Origin: Andalucia godoyi And28
Taxonomy: Eukaryota > Protista > Jakobida
Direction: 5' to 3'
NCBI GenBank assembly: GCA_009859145.1
Contig: VRVR01000002.1
Location: 442,724 to 506,723 of the forward strand
DNA: 64,000 nucleotides
Shown here in pieces: positions 7,001 through 16,042 of this stretch. The translations under genes and the position numbers were made by a program. A model generated the notes under the pieces. That model made no database searches. It had not been told where the DNA came from and saw only the letters and a list, made by a program, of their open reading frames with translations. Each line of letters begins with the position of its first letter. The first letter of the stretch is position 1.

Positions 7001-9599
7001 GCGACTGTGTTCTGGGGGAAAGCAGCGCCGTCCGAAAAGACAGAGTGACGCCGAAAACAGTTATCGGATTAAAATTGAGGAGAAGTTCAAGGAACACGAG
7101 AAGCGCGTCCGAGAAGCAGAATCCAAATCCGATCTGGAAACACGGAATCAGCTGAAAGCGCTTGTGGATATCTTTGGAGACATGTCGGAAGAGTGTTTTC
7201 GAGGTGCTGCCCTTCCTCATTCTGTTGCAAGCAAGTTGTATAATCATCAACTAGATGGGATCCGATTCCTCTTTCAAAATCTTTGCATCAAGACTGAACA
7301 CGGCTGCATTCTTGCACATGCCATGGGACTTGGAAAGACGATCCAGATCGCCGTGTTTTGCTGCTTGTTTACGAACCTTTATCGCAGGACCCAATTCAAA
7401 GATTCGAAGCGGGCGTCACTTGCATTGGATCGTGATCCTGCGTATTTTGTTGTTGTTCCTGCGTCAACCGTTGAGAATTGGTCTCGCGAGCTCACGCGTT
7501 GGTGCAGGACATTTTTTTCTGCTGCCGGGGCTGTTGGAAAGCTTCCGAGTGTGGTTGATTTTCGGAATCTTCCAACTCGTGACCGTCTTCAGGCAGTTCG
7601 AATGTGGGCACAACAGAGCGGCGGGTTTTTGATCTGTACATACGCCCTCTACCGACAGATGTTTAACAAGGAAGGAGAGCCGGACGTTACGGGTCAGTTG
7701 ATTGTCAAGCACGCAGATCTTGTTGTATTGGATGAAGGACATCAGTTGAAGAATCAAGACAGCAAGAACAGATTGACTCTTGCCACGATTAAGACGTCCC
7801 GCAAGGTCATTCTCACAGGATACCCTCTGCAAAACAAGATTGACGAATACTGGACAATGATTGACTTTGTGGCACCCACCATGCTCGGAAGCTATGGCGA
7901 TTTCTCTGCTAGGTTTGGGAAATCAATCACGTTCGGCATGCAGCAGCGATCCGGTGCACCTGCGCGGAGAGATGCCGTCAAGAAGCTCCGGTTTCTGCAG
8001 ACGTTGCTGTATGCCACAGTGCAGCGCCGGGATCAGTCTGTTTTTCAGTCTTCGGAATTGCAGATGCCGAGCAAGACCGAGTTTTTATGTCGCTTGTACT
8101 TGTCAAAGTTGCAAGCGAGTATGTATTCTATGATTGCCGCCGGTGCAGCAGCGGATTCTGCGGAGGATGCCTCCAGTCGCAGCAAGTTGCTTCCTCTGCA
8201 TGGCACGCTTCTTCTCGTTAGTATTCACCCTGTGTACGCTTTGGTGCGAATGAAACACGTAGCTGCGCAACAACCGCAGTTGCAAAGAGGAAAGGCTGAC
8301 AAGCGGAATGCTGATGATGCTGCAGACTCGGATGAAGACAATGTTTCGGTGGTGGAAACGAGAGAATTGCCTTGGCTTGCGTCCTTCTTCAATTCTATCA
8401 AGGACCATCTATTGGATTTGGAGAACGGGCAGAAGGCATCGCTCCAGGAGCTGTGGAGCGCTGTCGATGAGCGCACCCACAAGTTTGCCGTAGGCTCTCG
8501 TTTTGAAGAGTACAACTTCGACGAGGATTTGCTAGGGCTGTACAAGATACAGTGCGCACTCTCCATTGTCAGACAAGCAAAGGTTTCAAAAGACAAGGTG
8601 CTTATTTTTTCGCAGTATCATCACTCTCTGGAGGTGATTGCGGATGCGCTCGTTGAACTTGGATGGAGACGTGGAACTGAGTTCGTAGTGTGTACAGGAT
8701 CGACTCCTTCCACTGAACGAGATAAGATCGTGACTTCCTTCAATTCGGATTCGAAGATGCGAGTGTTTCTCGGCACAGTGAAAGCGATGGGTATAGGCGT
8801 GAATTTGCAGGCAGCAAACCGTGTTGTCTTGTTGGATCTTTCTCACAACCCGATGTACGACAATCAGGCGATGTGTCGGGCGTATCGTATTGGTCAGAAG
8901 AAGGCCTGTTTCGTCTACATGTTTGTTGCCAAAGGGACGACAGACGAATACACCACAAACAGACATGCCATGAAGCGCCTCATGACGGACGCTGTCGTGG
9001 ATCACAAGCACAACAAATCGACCTTTGAGGAGTACAAGACAGAGAAAATCAGCAGCATAGACAGTCGGTACATCCTCGGGGATGAGAAACAGGAGAAAAT
9101 GTCTCCTGAGAGGATCCAAGACGCTCAGCGACTGGTGAGTCGTGATCGGTTCATGGAGAGTTTGTGGGGTGATCTGAAGGATAAGGTCTGCGAGATTTCA
9201 GACTACGATTCATTGTTGTGCGATGAGCAACTGGAGGACATTCAAGAAAGTGAGCAGCAAGAAGTCGCGCAGCAGTACGACGAGATGGTTGGTGCTATTC
9301 CAATCCGTCCTGCACCTTCAGTTCTTGCATCAATGCAAGCAATGTCACAGATGCCTCATCCTGCTGTTTCCGAGCATCAGCGCGCCTCGGCGGCTGCACA
9401 GTATGCAGCGATGGCGGCAGCTGCTGCAGGAGGGCGCCTTGCAGCAGCAGCTCCTCCACGACCTCTGGCTGGCGGAGTTGCTCATCATGCGGTATCACAC
9501 CGCGAGATTGCTCCTGTGAATCGCATGGCCACTGCTCCGTTCCCGGGGTTTGGGGGTCTGCCTCCTCCACCCGGTCCTTCTCCCGTGCGTAGAGCCTGA
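4086..9599 (+). CDS. SNF2-family chromatin-remodelling ATPase, ATRX/ARIP4(RAD54L2)-like
   Basis: Motifs GCILAHAMGLGKTIQ (I), LVVLDEGHQLKN (II), LTGYPLQNKIDEYWTMIDFV (III) and GIGVNLQAANRVVLLD...QAMCRAYRIGQKK (V/VI), after a long acidic low-complexity N-terminus. First ATG is at 4086 (the track start at 4011 is a TTG), giving 1837 aa. Confidence 0.92.
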   Translation: MSKVTHRFILDSDSDSKSEIEIGIEIKSQSDGDYDSDERSVTQQEDMEGRKGSQLHGDSGTEEDSIDVEFSDVESEQIRNVLETEENPGSRKNWKKGTGGAEEEEERFRSHVMTKADALRFRKRLRISAACISEIQMTVRNRFLMDIHDYHDQYLENDEDLELGLLDFDTEDAAKAPTAVRTQLRWEIISEAFSYETTRDTIEELIREDQAEQKRRSRLPSNVSGTPALGSNPNSKYLKQPDTAGDEELGFGNGVASPPRTSDLPVQMPGSPGVRVSESENDAEFRSTRKKKRIAPQVLRDSDFSDSSDYGSDANGVFGEYDVDANADARASQAAAFRAQVLQTALHIQSSDLQSLIDRLKQFPGEKPPAMSDDTWKNQFVVYGTRLVKGRGVLPNFADLVKHDREQLAKLVGQVVDTVSSSRLSRNVQEAVRSLWKGVDPRIHLLAVHTVLMECSESKDYRIFQSHATRNVPTPKIDPPGSTAVSASNSKLDIEATPVEEVEEGGETDESDNDSIVNGFVDDSELEERSERTVEAWDALRLASEEGLFGPRRQALYTNSSTVTPVGPGVPVKIAYRKRGTPREATIASGEMRRDSQLPVQTPAPFILNLPSEGIDKRIPYVIIDSDDSDDGDDGNCGGDGDDGEREEEAEDVVDDANDDSDDDDFRPVLRKTWTSAGSTYLSGNDSDVEVISSNSNARKRGISELGRAQEQTVQPALKLLKLAGNRGAAAAALEASRETREEEEDILPRPVKGKRITRRTLDDSENDATGSDVSSYEEDLELGAEEESDSGGLGAVATRSTSRTRSNPRIGDGHLIKAIPGRFPSAPLFWFPNLLSATSLTSEEKSQLSADGFRPFAPDVVALRAHELPRGPHCDALDRFLLKLSGPEDVVGVASIVPRCNLDFDNTRAPFLSSYSMRGIASESAPSHRMVHKNFAGTLERKTIRFVRSPNIPASVWKHRFFRKEMAFQTQRLCSGGKQRRPKRQSDAENSYRIKIEEKFKEHEKRVREAESKSDLETRNQLKALVDIFGDMSEECFRGAALPHSVASKLYNHQLDGIRFLFQNLCIKTEHGCILAHAMGLGKTIQIAVFCCLFTNLYRRTQFKDSKRASLALDRDPAYFVVVPASTVENWSRELTRWCRTFFSAAGAVGKLPSVVDFRNLPTRDRLQAVRMWAQQSGGFLICTYALYRQMFNKEGEPDVTGQLIVKHADLVVLDEGHQLKNQDSKNRLTLATIKTSRKVILTGYPLQNKIDEYWTMIDFVAPTMLGSYGDFSARFGKSITFGMQQRSGAPARRDAVKKLRFLQTLLYATVQRRDQSVFQSSELQMPSKTEFLCRLYLSKLQASMYSMIAAGAAADSAEDASSRSKLLPLHGTLLLVSIHPVYALVRMKHVAAQQPQLQRGKADKRNADDAADSDEDNVSVVETRELPWLASFFNSIKDHLLDLENGQKASLQELWSAVDERTHKFAVGSRFEEYNFDEDLLGLYKIQCALSIVRQAKVSKDKVLIFSQYHHSLEVIADALVELGWRRGTEFVVCTGSTPSTERDKIVTSFNSDSKMRVFLGTVKAMGIGVNLQAANRVVLLDLSHNPMYDNQAMCRAYRIGQKKACFVYMFVAKGTTDEYTTNRHAMKRLMTDAVVDHKHNKSTFEEYKTEKISSIDSRYILGDEKQEKMSPERIQDAQRLVSRDRFMESLWGDLKDKVCEISDYDSLLCDEQLEDIQESEQQEVAQQYDEMVGAIPIRPAPSVLASMQAMSQMPHPAVSEHQRASAAAQYAAMAAAAAGGRLAAAAPPRPLAGGVAHHAVSHREIAPVNRMATAPFPGFGGLPPPPGPSPVRRA

Positions 9600-9855
9600 A
9601 GGCCAACATCAACAAGGTAAAAAGGGGTTTTCCCCTCCTGCCACCCGGTGCTTGAACAGTCGTAGTGCGGAAAACTGCGGGCTCGAAAAAACGAATTTCC
9701 GCGCCGTTTTTCTTAAATTGAGGGATTCTTTATTTAAAATGAATTATTTTGATTTTTGGGAAACAAAAAATCGAGTCAAATTCAAAGAACGCTTATTATC
9801 ACAAGCAGCAGTGGCGCTGGTTGTCGGCTTGCGCGGAGTTGACGTGTTTGAATAT

Positions 9856-11224
9856 ATGAAGCTTCCATACTGTGTATTGTTTAGAAGGAGTTATCACCGC
9901 CTTCCAGTCTTTTTCGCCCCAATCTACACGATCGAAATGCCTGCTGGACATCGTTTTCCTATGAGCGTATGCCTTTTTTGAATGCGTTTTCCCGTTCGTC
10001 CTCCCGTCGGCCAATGTCATATTGGCGTGTTTACAGAGTCTCTAATTTTCATTCGAGCTGTTGTTCTGCACTATCCATGAGAAACGACAGAAGTATGAAT
10101 TGTTGAGTCAGGAGCTGAAGAGGCGCGGTGTCGACCGGTACGCAAACTTCATCCAACCTGTTCCAGTTCCGCCAAAGCTTGTCATGCTGGCACATTCTGC
10201 TGATTATTTACATCGCTATCTTTCGTCTGGATTGTCAAAAAAGCATCTCACACAGCTCGGTCTTCCTTGGTCTCCTCGCCTTGCGGTTCGTGCGCTGCAT
10301 ATTTGCGGGGGAACCGTAGCGGCCACGAAATACGTCTTGGACCGCCTCGGGACGGAGAACAACGTAGCTGCCAATCTTGGCGGCGGCTCTCATCATTCAA
10401 AGTACAACCAGCCTTCTGGGTTTTGTTCATTCAACGACATTGCGGTCGCGACGCGGTACGCCCTTTCTCCTTTGAGAAGAGCCCTGGATCTTCAACCTTC
10501 TCTTTCGTGTATACCTCGACCAGCAGGTGGTGCCACGGGATCGGAAGCTGTTGGGAACCAGGAAGAGGACGCCGCAATGGACGGCGTAATGCCAGCGGTC
10601 GAGCTTGTGCATCCGACTTGCGAAGCGCCGTTGGTCGAACAGATCGAAGCGCAGTATGTTCAACACATGAATTCGGTTTCAAAGGAGTTTGGTTTCCAGT
10701 TTCGCGGGATACCGGAAGTTTCCCCTCCGAAGCATTTTGCGGAACGTGTGTTGATCATTGATCTTGACGTTCACCAAGGTGATGGGACAGCGTTGATTCT
10801 GCGACACGAACCTCGCGCGTTTACACTCTCAGTTCATGCAGCTCGGTGTTTTCCATTCAGAAAAGCACGTTCTTCGATGGATGTAGAATTAGAAGACGGG
10901 ACGACGGATGCACCGTTTCTGGACGCTTGTGACCGTGCGATTCAAAAAGCTCTTGAAATTCATCGACCGCAACTCGTGATTTTCCAAGCAGGCGTTGATC
11001 CACTCGTAGGAGATTCTTTGGGTCGTTTGGCCATTTCTAGAGAAGGTCTTCAGAAGAGAAACGAGCTCGTCTTTCAAAGATGTTGGGAGTTCGACAAGCG
11101 AACTGGAATCGTCGTGACCATGGGTGGTGGTTATCACCGGCCTCTTGATGCATCCATTGCTGCACACGCAGACGTCTACATGTCTGCCGCATTTGCTGCA
11201 TCGCAATCCGATACCGTCTACTAG
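9856..11224 (+). CDS. Histone deacetylase-family (bacterial-type/class-IV-like) Zn-dependent deacylase, two exons (9856-9966, 10091-11224)
   Basis: Splicing the intron 9967-10090 restores the family motif HRFPMS|KYELL. Catalytic and metal-binding motifs GGSHH, GFCSFNDIAVA, IIDLDVHQGDGT, FQAGVDPLVGDSLG and MGGGY are intact. About 414 aa. The start ATG at 9856 is inferred. Confidence 0.88.
9967..10090 (+). other. Spliceosomal intron (124 nt)
   Basis: GTATGC donor and ACGACAG acceptor, phase 0. Removing it joins two halves of a conserved HDAC motif in frame. Confidence 0.8.
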
Positions 11225-11594
11225 CGCGCTTCGTCCTTACTGACTTGCTCCGGCCCCCGACACGTTTGCACACTCGTTTGGCATGTCAGGTGACTGTAGT
11301 CCATCTTGAGAGGATGAGCACGGAAAATGAAAAAAGTCTACCGCCACCGACTGTAAAATAAATAAAAGCGTCCTGGTGAAACGTTCCCATTCAACCAAAA
11401 ACCACAAAAGAAAAAACATACCGGATTTTCTTTCCTTTCCTTTTTGTTTTACTTTACGTTTGTTTATATTTGTTATTGGTATTATTATTATCATCAGCAT
11501 CATTATTACAAAATTGCGTTGAAAAAGAACGCAAGACAGAACGCTATTGACCTACTTGGAGTCCCTTTCTGTTTTGTTTTGTGGTGGTCGAGAT

Positions 11595-14500
11595 ATGGAG
11601 CAGCAAGTTCTTTCGTTTGTTGTGTACTATTCCAAGCTTGGTCTTTACCAGCACATTCGGACTCTTTGCGATCAAGGTCTCAAGAAGCGGCCTTCAGACT
11701 CATTTCTGATATTTTGGCGATCGTTTTCGCTGTTGAAGCAAGGTGCGGTTGGAGAAGCTGTTCGTGGCTTCGAGTCGCTTCTTTCGTCAACGTCGACGAG
11801 TGCAAAGCATCAAGGGTCAAACAATGAATTGGATTTCTGTGCGCTGACTGCGCTCATATTTTCACACATGCAAGCTCGACTTGTCGATGACGATCAGGTG
11901 ACGATCCTGACGTCACATCTTGTGACTCTTACAATTTCAGAGGTCCCTGAGAAGGCGCTTGTTCTTGCCTGTGCCTTCCTGTGGCTTTCGCAAGATGACT
12001 CGCTTCCGAACGCAAACGCTGCAAACACAATTCAAAAGGCACGGGATATTGCATCGCAGAAAATTGGAAATGCGCTTCTGAAAGATCCAAATGGACAAGC
12101 TGCGCAGGCACTGAGTGTGTGGATGGCCACGCTTGTGGCGCTGCGTGGGTGGATGGATGTCGTAGCAATTGAGAGACCGTCAATTGTCCAGAAGTCTGGC
12201 GTGTTTTTCGAAGTCGCACTTGCCGGGGGCAGGAAAGATGTTCTGGGTCTGTGGGGAAAAGCAAAGTTTCTAGAGTTTCGAAATCAGCTGCCTGATGCTC
12301 TCGAATCGTTGAACAATCTTGTTGTGTCTGCTCAGTGGTTCTTGCCGGCTTTGACGGAGAAAGCTCGCATCCTTGTTCGGATGGGAGACTGGGACCAGGC
12401 TGTCGAAACAGGCCAGCGCGTTCTTGGAATGGATGCGTTCAATTTGGAAGCGTTGAGGCTGTTTGTCATGTACTTTTTGGTTCGACACGTGGGCGCGGAT
12501 GCTTCTTCGGCAGCAGCATTGCGTCTCGCCGACGTGACCGAGGCGTTGAGCAACTTGGAGCCCACAAATCATTCGTTGTTTGCCCAAGTTGCGGAAAGCG
12601 TCCATCGGTTTGTGGCGTCTCCGCAACTGAACGAAAACGTGATCAAGCAGGCGATTTCGCTCATTGAGAGAGCATGTCAAATAGCGCCGAAGGTTGCATC
12701 GTACTTTGCGCACTGGGGCTCCTTGATCCTCTGCACGCAGCCAGTCGATGTGACGTCCGCACGCATGCGATTTCGCAAAGCACGTGAGCTGGACGACACC
12801 AACACGGAGTCTTTCTTGGGGCTCATTCAATGCGATCTGATCGAAAGCAAGCTCAAGTCCGCAGAGGAGCAGCTGCTGTTCGTTTCTGCACTCACCGATT
12901 CTCTGGATCCCCATCTCGCTGCGCAAGTTCACGTGTTGCAAGCGCAATTCATGTGGAAGAGCGAGTCGAAGCGGCAAGAATCTCTTGAGCATCTTTCACA
13001 GGCGTATGCGATTCATTCCAAGTACTTGTCCTCATTGCCGGCCGGTCCTTCAGAGCAGTATGCATTCGCCTTGAATCCTCATTTCTTGATGCGTCTGGCC
13101 AGAGAATGCATGATTCACGCACCATCGGATCCCATCGCCGAGGGAGAGCACATTCCTGTCGCTGTTGGCAAGATCCTCCCTGTCTTGGATTTGCTTGCAG
13201 TTCATGCTCCCGCTTGCTTGGAAGCGGCTCTTTTGCATGCGAGATGCAAGTATCTGGTGCGAGATTTTGATGCAGCAAAAACGAGATGTTCTTCGCTGGT
13301 ATCCCAAATTCACCAGTCCCTCAATGCTTCATCAGGAGGCGTGTCGCCTGCGTCGGCGACCTCGGTCAAGACCATCCTATCCAGCGCCTATCTCTTGCTT
13401 GCGCAGATCCATCTCGCGGAAGGCCGCGCTCCCGCGGCTCTCAGTGCTCTTGATCAAGCACTTGCATCGGATTTTTCGATTCGCGACCTTCCGTTGTTTT
13501 CCATCATCAAAGCCAAAGTATTGGTCGTGGAGGCAACGGGATCCGTGCCACAATCGACGCCATTCCAGCAACTTTCATCGCAGCAGCAGCAGCAGCTAGA
13601 AGAAGCTTGCCGTCTTCTTGAACAAACGATTGATCTCCCAGGAAATCGCTCGTCATCCGTCCAGGATCGTGCCTCGCTGTTTGTTGAGTTGTCGGCATTG
13701 TATTCTCGAATGGGACGCGTGATTGAGGCAACAAAGTTCATATCGGATGCACAGTCGCTCTTCCGTGGGACTCCAGAGGAAGGCAGAATCACGCTCTCCA
13801 ATGCGAGCATTGCCCTCTATCGTGGTGAAATTGATCAGGCACTCAGCATTTTAAAGTCAGTTTCCCGGTCGTCTCCATACTTTATGGCGGCGCGCATGCA
13901 AATGGCTCGTGTGTATCTTGACAGCAGACATGACCGCCGAGCGTATACTCGATGTCTCGAGGAGGTTGCAGAGGACAGTCCGTCCGCACAGTCGTTCATC
14001 ATGCTTGGAGATGCAATGATGAACATCCAAGATCCAGAATCGGCCATTCGATACTACTCTTCAGCTCGAAGTCTTTTGAAAGGGACAGCAGCAGCAGGAG
14101 GTGGTGGTGGTGGCGGCGGCGGCGGTGGCTCGAATGCAAATGTCAATATGGAAATCATTGTCGCCTCCAAGATTGGTCGCGCACTTGTTGCGACGTATGA
14201 CTATAAGAAGGCAATCGATTATTATTCTTCAGCAGTGAAGGCGGATCCGACTCGCACGCAGCTTCGACATGATCTGGCGGAGTTGTATATTCGTCTTCGT
14301 GATTTTGAGAAGGCCGAGGCAATACTGCGCGACGGAATTGAGCAAAAGAAGACCTCGTTGTTTGGCATGATTGATGATGTGCGCTCGCAAATCATTCTTT
14401 CTCGTGTCTACGTTGTCGGATTTTCTAACCGCGAAAAGGCGCTCCAGACTTTGGAAGATGCTCGTGCGAAGCAGCAGCAGGTGCTCAAACGTGCTCGTTC

Positions 14501-15842
14501 GGAAGCCCCCGACATGCTCATCTCTCAAACGGAATTTGCCTCCGAGCTTGCGTTCCAGACCGGCAAGGTGTACATTGATATTCGGCAGGTGGATAAGGCA
14601 AAGGTCATGTTTGAGGAAGCTCTGCGTCTGAATGTGAAGCATGCGCGTGCGTCACTTGCGTTGTGCCATTTGTTACTTCGAGTAGGAGACATGGAGGGAT
14701 GTCGCCAACAATGCGAATCTCTTCTCAAAGTCGATCCCTCCAACACCGAAGCCACGATGCTGCTCTCCGATGTTCTTATCCGTCAGTCCAAAGCGGAAAT
14801 GGCAACCGAGCCAATGGAGGCGCTGGTGAAGAGGAACCCCACGCAGTACCGAGCACTAGTTGAACTCATGGCCATGCTTCGGCGAGCTGGGCGCCTCGGG
14901 GACTGTTCCAAGTATCTGAAAGCCGCAGAAAGGATGTCTGCACGTGCACGGTTTGATCCTGGCTTCTTCTATGCCAAAGGACTCTATGCACGCTTTACCA
15001 ACAATCCCAGAGATGCTCTCCGTGACTTCAACCATGCCCGGGGTTCACCGGAGTGGGGCCGCCAGGCAACGATTCAAATGGTTGAGGTTTTCTTGAATCC
15101 TGACAACAGAGATGCGTGGACGTCATCCGGAAGTGGTAGTGGGGATTCCGAGAGCAGCAATACGCCAGACATCGATGTCCGCGACAACATCCAGTCTGCA
15201 GAAAAGCTGTTGGATTCGATTGCTTCGACAGGTTCTCCGCAAGAAAAGAAGGAGGTTCAATTGCTCCGCGGATTCTGCAAGTTGATGCGTGGCACAAAGA
15301 CTGATCAAGAAGCTGCGCTGAATATCTTTTCGTCCCTCGGACGCGATGATTCTGATGACATCAAGGTGCTCACTGCTATGGCAGTAGCCTTGCAGATTAT
15401 GAAGCAGACTCCTAAGGCGCGAAATATCTTGAAGCGCATTGTCAAGATGCCGTTTGAAGCGGAGTTTGCGGATGAGTTTGAGACTGCTTATTTGCTGCTG
15501 GCTGACATCTACATTTCAAACGGCAAATACGATCAGGCCCAGGAACTCCTCAAGAAGGCGATTTCTTGTAACAATTCATGCGGTCGTGCGTGGGAGGCTC
15601 TCGGTCTCATCTATGAGAAGGAATCCAGTTACACCGATGCTGCAGAGCACTATGAAAAGGCTTGGATCCTCGGATCCGAGCACTCTGCCGCCGTAGGCTA
15701 TAAGCTTGCATTCAACTACCTGAAGGCCAAGCGATACATCGATGCCATCGACATGTGCCATCGCGTGCTGGCACTGAACGAGAACTACCCAAAGATCCGC
15801 AAGGAGATTCTCGAAAAGGCGCGCGCACAGATACGTCCGTAG
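11595..15842 (+). CDS. IFT139: Intraflagellar transport complex A TPR protein IFT139/TTC21B
   Basis: TPR-rich, 1415 aa from ATG 11595. The C-terminus GYKLAFNYLKAKRYIDAIDMCHRVL...YPKIRKEILEKARAQIRP is characteristic of TTC21/IFT139. Confidence 0.95.
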   Translation: MEQQVLSFVVYYSKLGLYQHIRTLCDQGLKKRPSDSFLIFWRSFSLLKQGAVGEAVRGFESLLSSTSTSAKHQGSNNELDFCALTALIFSHMQARLVDDDQVTILTSHLVTLTISEVPEKALVLACAFLWLSQDDSLPNANAANTIQKARDIASQKIGNALLKDPNGQAAQALSVWMATLVALRGWMDVVAIERPSIVQKSGVFFEVALAGGRKDVLGLWGKAKFLEFRNQLPDALESLNNLVVSAQWFLPALTEKARILVRMGDWDQAVETGQRVLGMDAFNLEALRLFVMYFLVRHVGADASSAAALRLADVTEALSNLEPTNHSLFAQVAESVHRFVASPQLNENVIKQAISLIERACQIAPKVASYFAHWGSLILCTQPVDVTSARMRFRKARELDDTNTESFLGLIQCDLIESKLKSAEEQLLFVSALTDSLDPHLAAQVHVLQAQFMWKSESKRQESLEHLSQAYAIHSKYLSSLPAGPSEQYAFALNPHFLMRLARECMIHAPSDPIAEGEHIPVAVGKILPVLDLLAVHAPACLEAALLHARCKYLVRDFDAAKTRCSSLVSQIHQSLNASSGGVSPASATSVKTILSSAYLLLAQIHLAEGRAPAALSALDQALASDFSIRDLPLFSIIKAKVLVVEATGSVPQSTPFQQLSSQQQQQLEEACRLLEQTIDLPGNRSSSVQDRASLFVELSALYSRMGRVIEATKFISDAQSLFRGTPEEGRITLSNASIALYRGEIDQALSILKSVSRSSPYFMAARMQMARVYLDSRHDRRAYTRCLEEVAEDSPSAQSFIMLGDAMMNIQDPESAIRYYSSARSLLKGTAAAGGGGGGGGGGGSNANVNMEIIVASKIGRALVATYDYKKAIDYYSSAVKADPTRTQLRHDLAELYIRLRDFEKAEAILRDGIEQKKTSLFGMIDDVRSQIILSRVYVVGFSNREKALQTLEDARAKQQQVLKRARSEAPDMLISQTEFASELAFQTGKVYIDIRQVDKAKVMFEEALRLNVKHARASLALCHLLLRVGDMEGCRQQCESLLKVDPSNTEATMLLSDVLIRQSKAEMATEPMEALVKRNPTQYRALVELMAMLRRAGRLGDCSKYLKAAERMSARARFDPGFFYAKGLYARFTNNPRDALRDFNHARGSPEWGRQATIQMVEVFLNPDNRDAWTSSGSGSGDSESSNTPDIDVRDNIQSAEKLLDSIASTGSPQEKKEVQLLRGFCKLMRGTKTDQEAALNIFSSLGRDDSDDIKVLTAMAVALQIMKQTPKARNILKRIVKMPFEAEFADEFETAYLLLADIYISNGKYDQAQELLKKAISCNNSCGRAWEALGLIYEKESSYTDAAEHYEKAWILGSEHSAAVGYKLAFNYLKAKRYIDAIDMCHRVLALNENYPKIRKEILEKARAQIRP

Positions 15843-16042
15843 TTCAACGGAAGCTCGTGCTGCACACTCGTGACGCACCGACCCCCTTCTCGAAATCAGA
15901 ACAAGCTTGTAAAGCCAAGGGAGGTAGGGTTTTTTAAAATTTAAAATTAATACGTAGGACTTTTCCCTTCTTTCTTCAAACTCTCCTTCCCTCCTCCTAA
16001 TCGTACACTCGCTCGTTGGTTCCCAAATCACACGTGATCGTA

